Positions 33,273 to 33,315 of a DNA stretch of 33,315 nt are shown here, piece by piece. The position numbers were made by a program, and so were the translations under genes. Position 1 is the stretch's first letter; each line of letters opens with the position of its first letter. The stretch is from a virus. Taxonomy: Duplodnaviria > Caudoviricetes. The stretch spans positions 1 to 33,315 of IMG/VR virus record IMGVR_UViG_3300037991_006145. One strand, given 5' to 3'. The notes under the pieces are model-generated. The model worked only from the letters and a program-made list of their open reading frames with translations, searched no databases and had not been told where the DNA came from.

Positions 33273-33315
33273 TTACAATTTTCCTCAGAAGTTTTTTGTA
33301 ATGGAACACATCAAT
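33265..33315 (-). CDS. 3' end of upstream gene, probably helicase loader gp59
   Basis: Reads IDVFHYKKLLRKIVNE* and overlaps the next ATG. Identity is inferred from T4-like gene order and resemblance to gp59 C-termini. Confidence 0.5.
   Translation of the reverse strand: MDVFHYKKLLRKIVNE

Overview
This window is part of a T4-like (myovirus) phage genome. Gene content and order match marine T4-like cyanophages (Kyanoviridae-type). Reading the minus strand from the right: the gp59 C-terminus, a conserved small gene and gp32; a plus-strand block gp4-gp2-gp48-gp53; then a long late operon with a gp54/tube-like gene, gp26, gp51 (missed by the ORF track), two paralogous tape-measure/hub-like proteins carrying different peptidoglycan hydrolase cassettes (M15-like peptidase, GH19), a gp27-like hub, a lysozyme-less gp5 plus a separate spike-like ORF, and five large repeat-rich fibre/structural genes (one truncated by the window edge). 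Between the two largest fibre genes is a small unit with a consensus sigma70 promoter, two small ORFs (one Phd/YefM-like) and three tRNAs (Ile-UAU, CAU, Leu-UAA). The strongest signal is a complete -1 programmed ribosomal frameshift cassette at the gp26/gp51 junction: an in-phase U_UUU_UUC slippery heptamer, a 5-nt spacer and an 11-bp hairpin that buries the gp51 AUG. It would fuse gp26 to gp51 in the manner of lambda G/GT or P2 E/E'. All family assignments come from motif recognition and gene order by eye; no searches were run.
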